A stretch of DNA of 64,000 bases. It comes from Vulcanimicrobiota bacterium (GTDB lineage: Bacteria; Vulcanimicrobiota; Vulcanimicrobiia; Vulcanimicrobiales; Vulcanimicrobiaceae). Within the stretch, counting starts at the first letter, position 1; each line of letters opens with the position of its first letter. Of the stretch, positions 52,220-60,516 are shown piece by piece. A program made the translations under genes and the position numbers. Location of the stretch: the NCBI GenBank assembly GCA_003140835.1, contig PLLA01000119.1, positions 167,987 through 231,986 on the forward strand. The letters are read 5' to 3'. The notes below the pieces were generated by a model. It worked only from the letters and a program-made list of their open reading frames with translations. It searched no databases and was not told where the DNA came from.

Positions 52220-53512
52220 TCAGTCCTTTCGATCGACGATCGCGTCGACGCGTTGGAGACCGTCGGCGATATCGGTTCCCGGTGCGACGGCCGTCTCCAT
52301 CGTCCTGCGTGGATCGAGAGAGAAGCTCGCAAGCCGATAACCTTCGAACGTTCCGGCAATAACGTTACCATCGGGATCCACCGCAAACGCACGGCGCACG
52401 GCGTTGTCGAAAACGATCACGTACATGCGCAGTTCGAGCGCGCGAGCGCGGGCGATCGGCTCGGTCCAGGCGGATCGCTCGCCGGCCGTCCATACGGCCA
52501 ACGCGTAGCCCGCCCGCCGATAGCCGACCAGACCGGCGGGGTCCGACATCTCGGCGTCGCCGACGTTGGCGGTTGGTATCGCGCGGTCGAGGAGCGCTAA
52601 TCGCACGTCGTCGAACGGTGCGAGCGCGTACGCATCGTCGAGCAATGTTAACCGTGCGTCGACGTCGGATGGCAGCGAATCGGCCGAAATTGCGAGACGC
52701 AACGGCAGCCCGCGGGCGGCGGCGCGCCGAGCGGGCGCGGCCAACGTGGCAGCGCGATACGGGCGTGCCGAATCCAGAGTAAGTACGGCTTCGAGCGTTT
52801 GCGGGTCGCCTTCGCAAGCGATGGAAAGTGTCTCGCCGCCGGCACCGACGATTTGGCTTTTGCCGCAATATGCGACCATTCCCAGCTCCGTACCGCACTT
52901 GTTCGCGGCGACGAAGGGAACGCCGTTTTCGCGCGCGCGAACGCGCGCGAGCAAGTCGGCCTGTACGTTTTCGAGTGCGCGCGGATTTCGTCCGGTCGTC
53001 ACCCACGCGGTCGGCATAACCAGCATTTCCGCTCCCCGATCGACCAGGGCGCGCGCGATGGTCGGGATGCGGCCGTCGGCACAAATCATGATGCCGAGCT
53101 TGCCGATTGCGGTGTCGACGGGTGCGATTCGATCTCCCGGCTCGAACCACAACCGATCGAAATGCCAGAGGAACACCTTGTCGACGCAACCGGCGGTCGA
53201 ACCGTTCGTATCGATTACGATTGCGGAATTGCGCAGTGATCCGTCCGATTGCGTCACCGCACCCGTTACGATGACCGTCCCGGTCGCGCGCGCCAGGTCG
53301 CGCAGCCGATCGAGCGCGCCGTCGATTGCCGCCTCATCGAATCGAGCGCCGGCCAGCACGTAGCCCGGAAAGGTTCCTTCGGGAAGCACGACGAGATCGG
53401 CGTTTTTTGCCGCGCGAGTCGCGGCATCGACGATCGTGCCAAGCGATCGTTGAAAGTCGTGCGGGTCGTGCGCGCGCAGCTGCACGGCAGCAACGCGAAT
53501 CGAGCGAGCCAT
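52220..53512 (-). CDS. carbon-nitrogen hydrolase (nitrilase superfamily) with a degenerate second CN-hydrolase-like domain
   Basis: Start at ATG 53512 (MARSIRVAAVQL). Glu in VVLPEG, Lys in VDKVFLW, Cys in IMICADG. The C-terminal half repeats the fold pattern but lacks the catalytic triad. Confidence 0.8.
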   Translation of the reverse strand: MARSIRVAAVQLRAHDPHDFQRSLGTIVDAATRAAKNADLVVLPEGTFPGYVLAGARFDEAAIDGALDRLRDLARATGTVIVTGAVTQSDGSLRNSAIVIDTNGSTAGCVDKVFLWHFDRLWFEPGDRIAPVDTAIGKLGIMICADGRIPTIARALVDRGAEMLVMPTAWVTTGRNPRALENVQADLLARVRARENGVPFVAANKCGTELGMVAYCGKSQIVGAGGETLSIACEGDPQTLEAVLTLDSARPYRAATLAAPARRAAARGLPLRLAISADSLPSDVDARLTLLDDAYALAPFDDVRLALLDRAIPTANVGDAEMSDPAGLVGYRRAGYALAVWTAGERSAWTEPIARARALELRMYVIVFDNAVRRAFAVDPDGNVIAGTFEGYRLASFSLDPRRTMETAVAPGTDIADGLQRVDAIVDRKD

Positions 53513-53634
53513 GAACGTGTCAGCTTCGTGGCGGCAACGCAAGCGCCCCTGTGCGGCGGGAAGGCGGTTGCGCACGCGGTGGGAAACCTGTATCGCTCAT
53601 GCGCGTTAGTCACTCTAGAGGAGAATTATCGCAC

Positions 53635-54408
53635 GTGAGACGTACGCTATTTGTGTCGCTGATGGCCCTGACGCTGGGAGCCGCGCTCCTCGTCCCCACT
53701 GCTGCGGCGACCTCAGCGACCTCAGCACCCGCCGCCACGGCGACGCCGTCGAAGAAAGACCCTTGCGGCGACACGAAGAGCAAGTGGGCGCATTTTCAAT
53801 GCCAGGAGTATAATTCATCGGCGCCGGGCGACGAGTATTTCGGCCGAATGAAGATCAGCTACCTCGGCATCGACAATACGTTTAAGGACGGCTCGATCAG
53901 CGCCGGTGCGTACACCACCGACCCGAAGGTCATCGCAAAGCTGATGTTCGCCGATGAAGCGCTGCAGCGCTGGGCGGCAAAATACCCAAGCGACCCGGAG
54001 CTGGCACGATCGTATTTCCTCGGCGTTCAAGTTTTCCGTAAGGTCTATACGCAGCCCGGGCAAGAACTCGCATGGCACTACGTACAAATCCTCATCACCA
54101 AATATCCAAAGACCTATTTTGGAAAGAACGTCAAGGCCTCGGTGGCGAGCGGATTCACCGAACATTGGTTTGCGTTGCCGCAGCTATGCCCGACGCCGTT
54201 ACCCAAGGGTGTGATGCCGGAGAAGAGTCCCAGCGCCACCGCGTCGCCGACGCCTGCCCCCGGCCAGCCAGCCATCGACGTCATCACTCCGCCGTGCGTG
54301 CAGCCTTCGCCGCTTGAAACGCCGTCGAGCTCACCGTCACCGGCAACAAAGGGCCATTCTTCGGCGCCGGCCCCGATCTCGTCGCCGGTACCTTCACGCC
54401 GGCCGTAA
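53635..54408 (+). CDS. hypothetical secreted protein with a Pro/Ser-rich C-terminus
   Basis: GTG 53635 downstream of AGGAG. Signal peptide VRRTLFVSLMALTLGAALLVPTAAA. No family recognised. Confidence 0.6.
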   Translation: MRRTLFVSLMALTLGAALLVPTAAATSATSAPAATATPSKKDPCGDTKSKWAHFQCQEYNSSAPGDEYFGRMKISYLGIDNTFKDGSISAGAYTTDPKVIAKLMFADEALQRWAAKYPSDPELARSYFLGVQVFRKVYTQPGQELAWHYVQILITKYPKTYFGKNVKASVASGFTEHWFALPQLCPTPLPKGVMPEKSPSATASPTPAPGQPAIDVITPPCVQPSPLETPSSSPSPATKGHSSAPAPISSPVPSRRP

Positions 54409-54431
54409 AAAGCAAGCCGTTTGGAAAGTGA

Positions 54432-54466
54432 AGACCCCCGGTCGGTCGACCGGGGGTCTTTCATCT
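54432..54466. terminator. bidirectional Rho-independent terminator between convergent genes
   Basis: 11-bp GC-rich stem AGACCCCCGGT / ACCGGGGGTCT (54432-54442 and 54449-54459), followed by TTTCATCTT on the plus strand and preceded by an A-rich stretch. Confidence 0.6.
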
Positions 54467-54483
54467 TGCGGACTAAGCTGAAG

Positions 54484-55773
54484 CTAGAACTTCAGGCCGA
54501 GACCGACGTACGGACCGCTCTCGGCGAACGGTGACGGTGCGCTGGCTTGCGCCCATCCCTTGTCGCCCAGGAAGCCGCCTTCGATGAAGAGCGGGATCCC
54601 CTGGAACGAGTACACTACGCCGACGTCGTATTTCAGAATGTCGTACGACAAGGTAAACGGACCGGTCGGGCAGTTATTCGTGCCGCACGTTCCCTTCACC
54701 GACGGATAGTAGTACGCGCTCCCGTAGAACGAGAACGGGTGGTTGAGGTCGGGCAGTTTCTCGAGACCGAACCCGACGTTGTTGATCGACGGATATCCGG
54801 CATTGTTCGAACGCCAGAGATAGCCGACGCCGATGTAGATGCGCGGCTGCAGTACACGCAGGCCGACGCGCGCGTCTAGATCGTAGTCACGCATGTTGAA
54901 CTGCGGAACGAACGTTTGGAACTGTCCGCCGATCGCCGTGACGTTGCCGCCCGGATGCGCGTAGTTATATTGACGATAGTCGCCTTCGACCATCCACGGC
55001 AGGTTGAACAGATCGAACTCCACCGCACCGTGGAGACGGTACGAGAAGCCGTTACAGGTGTTGCATGCCGTAGTGCCGGGGCTGAACTCGTTATAGACCT
55101 TCGGCGAGATGATGTAATCACCAGCGACGTAGAGGTCGTGATACGGGGTTGCCATCGGCGTTGGGGTCGGCGTCGGCGGCGGCGGCGGTGGGGCCGTTGC
55201 CGGCGGCGGTGGCGGCGTCGCGGGAATGTAGCGCACGACCACGAGATGGCGGTCGGCCACCCACAGTACGTACGCTCCCATGCCTTCCGAAATTACGCGG
55301 ACCGGCACGAGCACGTTGCCTTGATAGATGATCGGCGGAACGTCCAGCGGACGCGATTCGCCGTTGATGATAACTTCCGGCTTACCGACGGTCACTTTGA
55401 CCTCGGCGCCGGCTTTACCGACCGTCACGGTCTTACTCCCCGCATCGTACGACACGGTTGCGCCCATTTGCTCGAACATCGAGCGGAGCGGAATCAGGAG
55501 CGTGCCGCCGCGAACGAGCGCGGCGAGAACGCGAGCCTGCTTCAGAACATCGGGCTTGGTGTAGACGTGGTGGTCATTGTAGAGAATCGGGATCTGACCC
55601 GACGGCGGGGATCCGAAATTCGCCGGCGGAGCAGCCATGGCCGGGCCCTGATCCTGCGCGATCGCGTTGGTTCCAATGTTGCCATGCGACGCTTGGGTTT
55701 GGGCCGCGACCGCGTTGAGCCCTAGGCCGGCTGCCATCAGCAGGGCCAGAGCTCCGGTGCTCAGTCGCTTCAA
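54484..55773 (-). CDS. outer-membrane protein: copper-amine-oxidase-N-terminal-like (stalk) domain, poly-Pro linker, C-terminal beta-barrel
   Basis: TTG start after AGGAGG. Signal peptide. The domain LIPLRSMFEQMGATVSYDAGSKTVTV...VLVPVRVISEGMGAYVLW resembles Cu_amine_oxidN1. Linker PATPPPPPATAPPPPPPTPTPTP. Amphipathic beta-strands end in ...GPYVGLGLKF. Confidence 0.7.
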   Translation of the reverse strand: MKRLSTGALALLMAAGLGLNAVAAQTQASHGNIGTNAIAQDQGPAMAAPPANFGSPPSGQIPILYNDHHVYTKPDVLKQARVLAALVRGGTLLIPLRSMFEQMGATVSYDAGSKTVTVGKAGAEVKVTVGKPEVIINGESRPLDVPPIIYQGNVLVPVRVISEGMGAYVLWVADRHLVVVRYIPATPPPPPATAPPPPPPTPTPTPMATPYHDLYVAGDYIISPKVYNEFSPGTTACNTCNGFSYRLHGAVEFDLFNLPWMVEGDYRQYNYAHPGGNVTAIGGQFQTFVPQFNMRDYDLDARVGLRVLQPRIYIGVGYLWRSNNAGYPSINNVGFGLEKLPDLNHPFSFYGSAYYYPSVKGTCGTNNCPTGPFTLSYDILKYDVGVVYSFQGIPLFIEGGFLGDKGWAQASAPSPFAESGPYVGLGLKF

Positions 55774-55944
55774 TGTGTCCTCCTAGCTAGCTAGTTAATG
55801 AGACCTTAGCTGTGCCCCGGCATGCTTCCAAAGGCCCCTGGCCGGGGGCAGTCCTGCCTCCTCTTTTCGGGAACAACCGTTTGCCCCCCCTGCAGCGCGA
55901 GCCGGGGGAGGCGGGAGTAGGGTACGGTCCCCCCTACCCTACCG

Positions 55945-56340
55945 TTATGTCAGCTTTTCTTCAAGCTTTGCGAGAAACTTGGACCGGTCGATGATGTAGC
56001 GCTCGTGGGTCCCCTCGGCGACGGCCTCGCGTTCGTCGAAGACCTGGACGGCAAAACTGACGCGGGGCCCGTCGATCATGACGACCTCGACTTCGGTTCG
56101 CACGATGAAACCAACCGGCACCGGCTTGTGGTGCTCCAGGTCGATGTGCGTCCCGAGGGTAATCTGGTCGCTGCCCAAAACCGGATCTATACAGTGGATG
56201 GCGGCGCTCTCGACTAGCTGGACCAATACCGAAGTGGAGAGGACATCGACGCCCCTGTTCCCGGCTTTTTCGGCAGTCATCCATTCTTCTACGCGATTCT
56301 GGAGGCTGTACGAGCGGCCGATGTCGAGTTTCGCGCTCAT
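55945..56340 (-). CDS. hotdog-fold thioesterase (FlK/fluoroacetyl-CoA-thioesterase-like family)
   Basis: 131 aa. LGTHIDLEHHKPVPVGFIV...VSFAVQVFDE...GTHERYIID pattern. Confidence 0.7.
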   Translation of the reverse strand: MSAKLDIGRSYSLQNRVEEWMTAEKAGNRGVDVLSTSVLVQLVESAAIHCIDPVLGSDQITLGTHIDLEHHKPVPVGFIVRTEVEVVMIDGPRVSFAVQVFDEREAVAEGTHERYIIDRSKFLAKLEEKLT

Positions 56341-56511
56341 GCCCGGACAAAGTACGCCCTGCAGACGACGACCTCATTCCTGGGTTGTGTGAGGGTCGGC
56401 AGAAACGAGAGGCTTCCAAGGGGAGGCCAAGGTTTCGAACGCTACGCTATGAATCAAATGCCAGCCGACGGCGTATATCTCGGTGTAGCGCTCGACTGAA
56501 ATAGGAGAAAC

Positions 56512-57771
56512 ATGCAGTATCAACGGCTGGCGATCGCCGTACTCACGGCGTCGCTCGCGCTCGACGCCTGCGGGGGAGGCGGTGCGCCCAAAGGGCCTCC
56601 GCCACTGAGCGTGGACGTGGGGTCTGCCACGCGTCAGAACATCGCGACCTATCTGACGCTCGATGGACAGATTGCGCCGAAGGAGCAATCGACGCTCGCG
56701 TTTCAGCAGAGCGGAACCGTTATCAAGGTGAACGTGAACATCGGCGACGTGGCGCCGAAAGGCCAACTGCTCGCGCAGATCGATCCGTCGACGCTGTCGG
56801 CGCAGCTGTCGCAGGCGCAGGCTCAAGCTTCCCAGCAGTCCGCTTCGGCCCAAGGTGCCGTGGTCGGTTTGCCGGTTCAAGTTCAGTCGAACAACGCGGC
56901 CGTCCAAACGGCGAAAGCCGCGCTCGACAACGCGAAGCTCGTGTACGAACAAAACAAGCAGCTTTTCAACCAAGGCTACGTTTCGCAGACGGCGCTCCAG
57001 CAATCGCAAGCGTCGTACGTTCAAGCGGAGTCGACGTACGCAAACTCCGTAGTAGCGCTGCGTAACAACGTCGTCAGTGCCGAAAACGTCAAGGCTCAAC
57101 TGGCGGGAGCGCAGGCGGCGTCGGCGCAAGCGCACGTGCTGGCCACGCAACTATCGCAGACGGAAATGTACGCACCGTTTGACGGCGTCATCTCCAATCG
57201 TTTGCTCGATCCGGGAGCCTACGCTAGTCCGCAGCAGCCGGTCTTGACGATCTCGCGGATCGACATCGTGTGGATCAATATCAACGTTCCCGACGAGGAC
57301 CTCGCCTACGTACGACCGGGTACGCTGATCAAGTTCCGCACCTCTTCGCTGGCGAACCGCGAGTTCGACGGGCGAATCCAGACCGTCAACGCGGTCCCGA
57401 CTTCGGGAACGCTTTCGTACCTCGCTCGATTGCAAATGGTCAATCCCGGAGACATTCTGCGGGGCGGCATGTTGATCAGCGCGACCTTGCCTAAACAGAT
57501 GGCGAACAACGCGATCGTCGTCCCGCGCGGCGCGGTCGCGCAGACCGAAAACGGCTCGATCGTGTACGTCGTCAACGGCGACAAGGCCGAGGCCGTGCCG
57601 GTGAAGGTCGGCGTCGAAACCGACACGCTCGCTCAAGTGATCAGCCCGAAGGTACAACCCGGCACCCAGGTCGTCACGACCCGACCTGACGCGCTCAAAG
57701 ACGGCAGCGTGGTTGCCGTGAACGGCACGCCCGGGCCGAGCCCCAGCGCCGGCGGAAGCGCGTCACACTGA
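56512..57771 (+). CDS. efflux transporter periplasmic adaptor (membrane fusion protein, HlyD/RND-MFP family), lipoprotein
   Basis: ATG after AGGAGAAAC. Lipobox LDAC. Coiled-coil hairpin (QAQAQASQQSASAQ...) and barrel-sandwich/beta-barrel regions. Confidence 0.9.
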   Translation: MQYQRLAIAVLTASLALDACGGGGAPKGPPPLSVDVGSATRQNIATYLTLDGQIAPKEQSTLAFQQSGTVIKVNVNIGDVAPKGQLLAQIDPSTLSAQLSQAQAQASQQSASAQGAVVGLPVQVQSNNAAVQTAKAALDNAKLVYEQNKQLFNQGYVSQTALQQSQASYVQAESTYANSVVALRNNVVSAENVKAQLAGAQAASAQAHVLATQLSQTEMYAPFDGVISNRLLDPGAYASPQQPVLTISRIDIVWININVPDEDLAYVRPGTLIKFRTSSLANREFDGRIQTVNAVPTSGTLSYLARLQMVNPGDILRGGMLISATLPKQMANNAIVVPRGAVAQTENGSIVYVVNGDKAEAVPVKVGVETDTLAQVISPKVQPGTQVVTTRPDALKDGSVVAVNGTPGPSPSAGGSASH

Positions 57772-59246
57772 TGCGATCGATATTCGGCCGCTTCCTCATC
57801 GCGGCGATGGGGTTGAGCCTTCTCACGCCGACGGCAGGATTCGCACAAGGAACTCCGGGCGCGCAGATCATCATGCCGACACCGCAGCCGATGCCGACGT
57901 CGGGTGGCACGCCGCTTCCCTATCCGGCCTACGGCACTCCGGCGCCCGACGTCGCGCGCCTCAAGCAAAAAGCCGGCGTGCCGACCAGCGTTTCGCTCCA
58001 GCAGGCGACGAAGATCGCGGTCGCCCTGTCGCCGGTTTTCGCCTCGGAGAATGCCCAGTGGGCGGCGATTCACGCGAAATACTCTGCCGAGAAGCAGGCG
58101 CTCTATCCGGGAGTCAGCGGCAACGCGACGATCGGCAAAGCCTACCAAAACGGCACCCTTCAACTCAGTACCGCCATCCCGAGCGCAACGCCAGGTTCGG
58201 GAATCGCAAACACCAGCACGACGGCATCCGAGACGGCGTCGATTACGATCCAGCAACTCATCTACGACGGCGGGCGCGTCATCGCCGCGATCCATTCGGC
58301 TAAGTCGGCCGATTATTCGGGCCGCAGCACCCTGCTGCGAAACCTTCAGACGCTCGCGCTCAACGTCGCCACCGCTTACTACGCGGTGCTGCAAGACAAC
58401 GCCACCGTCGTTGCCGATGCCCAACTCGTTAAAGAGTTCGAGGTCAACGAGCAGTCCGTTGTCGCGCAGATCCGAAACGGCGCGGCCGCGCGGTCGGATC
58501 TCGCCGGCGCGCAATTCCAAACCGCGCAAGCTCGCGGCAACCTGGTCACCGCTCAAGGCCAAGCGATCGGCGCCCAAGCGACGTTCGCGACGACGTTGGG
58601 TCTCGACGCCGACGTCGCGGTGCAACCCAAGCCGCTGCAAACGCAGGCCCCGACTCCCAATCCGGCGTACGCCGCATCCCTCAGCCGCGCGCTCCTCCTG
58701 CGCCCCGACTACATCGCCGCACAGTACACGGTCGAATCCGACAAGGAAGGCTTGCGCTACGCGAAACTTGCGCGCTTTCCAATATTGACCGCCGGTATCA
58801 CCGACGAAGTCAGCCGGAACTTTGGGTTGTTCACGAATAACTATTTAAACAGCAAGACCATCGGACTGAACTTGGCGATCCCCATCTACGATCAAGGTCA
58901 GACGAACTACAACGTCGCGGTAGCTGCGGCGACCCTCGATCAGGCCGTGGCGGGGCTCAACCAAAGCCGGCTCCAAGTCGAGTCCGACGTTCGCTCCGCG
59001 CTAGCCAACTTGATTTCCGCCCGAGCGCTGCTGGTTCAGACGAATTCCGAACTGACGGCGGCCAAGGTGTCGCTGGATGCGACCCAAGCGCAATACAAAG
59101 TCGGCGCGACGACGATCATCAACGTCGTCACTGCCGAGGCGAACCTGTCGACGGCCCAATCCGATCAGATCCACGCGCTCTACGGCGTCCAAAACGCTCA
59201 GCAAAACTATCTCTACGCCACCGGCACGAGCGACTTACAGCTGTAA
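57771..59246 (+). CDS. TolC-family outer-membrane efflux protein
   Basis: TGATG overlap with the MFP gene. Signal peptide. Two OEP repeats with long helical segments. Confidence 0.9.
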   Translation: MRSIFGRFLIAAMGLSLLTPTAGFAQGTPGAQIIMPTPQPMPTSGGTPLPYPAYGTPAPDVARLKQKAGVPTSVSLQQATKIAVALSPVFASENAQWAAIHAKYSAEKQALYPGVSGNATIGKAYQNGTLQLSTAIPSATPGSGIANTSTTASETASITIQQLIYDGGRVIAAIHSAKSADYSGRSTLLRNLQTLALNVATAYYAVLQDNATVVADAQLVKEFEVNEQSVVAQIRNGAAARSDLAGAQFQTAQARGNLVTAQGQAIGAQATFATTLGLDADVAVQPKPLQTQAPTPNPAYAASLSRALLLRPDYIAAQYTVESDKEGLRYAKLARFPILTAGITDEVSRNFGLFTNNYLNSKTIGLNLAIPIYDQGQTNYNVAVAAATLDQAVAGLNQSRLQVESDVRSALANLISARALLVQTNSELTAAKVSLDATQAQYKVGATTIINVVTAEANLSTAQSDQIHALYGVQNAQQNYLYATGTSDLQL

Positions 59247-59341
59247 GTTAGACGAAGCCGAGCGGGCCGGTGGGAGTCCCGCCGGCCTACCGGACACCGA
59301 CGATTACAGGGCGTGCCAACTGAGAGGCTAAACTCTAGCGC

Positions 59342-60508
59342 TTGATGGCTTCTAGCGCTTCCGCCGTGCCGGCGGCGGTCTCCGACCCAGTTAATTCGGC
59401 CATTTTGGCGGTATCCGAAGATCGTCTCACCGGATTTCAGCCCGACCCCTTCGGTGAGATCGCGGCACGCTCGGGCGTTGACGCGGACCTCGTTCTCGAG
59501 CGCGTCGTTGCGATGCTGGGCGCCGGTACGATCCGGCGCGTCCGGCAGACGGTCATGTCTACGAACTTGGCGCGGGGAGCGTTGGTCGCGTGGCAACTGA
59601 GCGAAGATCGGCTCGACGCGGCGTTCGATTTCATGTTTCGCCAGGACCCGTTCTCGGGCCACGTCGTGGTTCGCTCCACCGACGCTGCATCGCCGGGCAG
59701 CACGTACCGCCTGTGGACTACGCTGAAAGTGCCGCAAGGATTCTCCCTGCGCAAGCACGCCGAGCTGTTGCGCCGCGAAGTCGGCGCCGAACGTTTCCGA
59801 TTGATGCCGGCGAAGTTGCTGTTTACCCTTGGGGTCGGCCACGTGCGGCGCCGCGGGCTCGAGCCCGGAGCGCGCGCTCCCGAACGGGGAGAGCCGCAAC
59901 ATACTGAGTTCGTCGAACTGTCGGCGTTGGAATGGCGCGTGCTGGTGTCGCTCAAGCGAGAGTTCACGCCCGACGAACTGATTCGCGATCTGTGGCGCGC
60001 GCGCGCCGCTGAGGCCGGCGTCGACGCCGCCACGTTTATCCGCGTCGCGACACAGCTCAACGAGCGCGGCGTCATCGGCCGCTTCTCGACATTCCTCGAG
60101 CACGTCAAAGCAACCGCGAACGACGAGCGCGTCACGCGCTATAACGCGCTGTTTCACTGGGCGGTACCTCCGGGCCGCGAGATGGATGCCGGCTGCGAAG
60201 TTGCCCGTCATTACGTGATCACGCACGCATACTGGCGCGAAGGCGGACCGGAGTTTCACGACGTCAACATCATGGCGGTCGCACACGGTACCGAAAAGCC
60301 GGCGATGCTCGCGCACAAAGCGGCAATCGACGAGCACCTGCGCGAGGCCAGGATCGAGTTTGGCTATACGAACGTTTTTTGGGGCGGCCGTAGCGAGATC
60401 AAACCCTCGGAGATCGCACCGGACGCCTATCGTGAGTTCTGCCGCAGCCGCGGCGTCGATCCCGAAACGATGCTCGCCGAATCAGGCGAGGAAGGAGCTT
60501 CGTCCTGA
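59342..60508 (+). CDS. two-module Lrp/AsnC-ligand-domain protein resembling fused siroheme decarboxylase subunits (NirDL/AhbAB-like)
   Basis: Two tandem modules, each with the pattern ..ALVAWQL/..ALFHWAVP followed by an ..SGHVVVR/..ITHAYWR..VNIMAVAHG-type segment. This matches my memory of siroheme decarboxylase signatures. No search was run. Confidence 0.5.
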   Translation: MMASSASAVPAAVSDPVNSAILAVSEDRLTGFQPDPFGEIAARSGVDADLVLERVVAMLGAGTIRRVRQTVMSTNLARGALVAWQLSEDRLDAAFDFMFRQDPFSGHVVVRSTDAASPGSTYRLWTTLKVPQGFSLRKHAELLRREVGAERFRLMPAKLLFTLGVGHVRRRGLEPGARAPERGEPQHTEFVELSALEWRVLVSLKREFTPDELIRDLWRARAAEAGVDAATFIRVATQLNERGVIGRFSTFLEHVKATANDERVTRYNALFHWAVPPGREMDAGCEVARHYVITHAYWREGGPEFHDVNIMAVAHGTEKPAMLAHKAAIDEHLREARIEFGYTNVFWGGRSEIKPSEIAPDAYREFCRSRGVDPETMLAESGEEGASS

Positions 60509-60516
60509 GTAAGCAC

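Noticed and set aside
55783-55801. CTAGCTAGCTAG followed by TTAATGA. This gives stop codons in all frames on both strands and looks like an engineered stop cassette.
   Set aside because: It directly abuts a natural AGGAGG-TTG start of the OMP gene, and no other vector-like sequence surrounds it. It is most simply a chance or selected natural palindrome.
55815-55848. GCCCCGGC...GCCGGGGC hairpin and a GTAGGGTA...TACCCTAC hairpin (about 55917-55942), considered as terminators or an sRNA between the thioesterase and the OMP.
   Set aside because: No U-run follows either in the transcribed (minus) orientation, and the loops are long. The evidence is insufficient to call a terminator or RNA gene.
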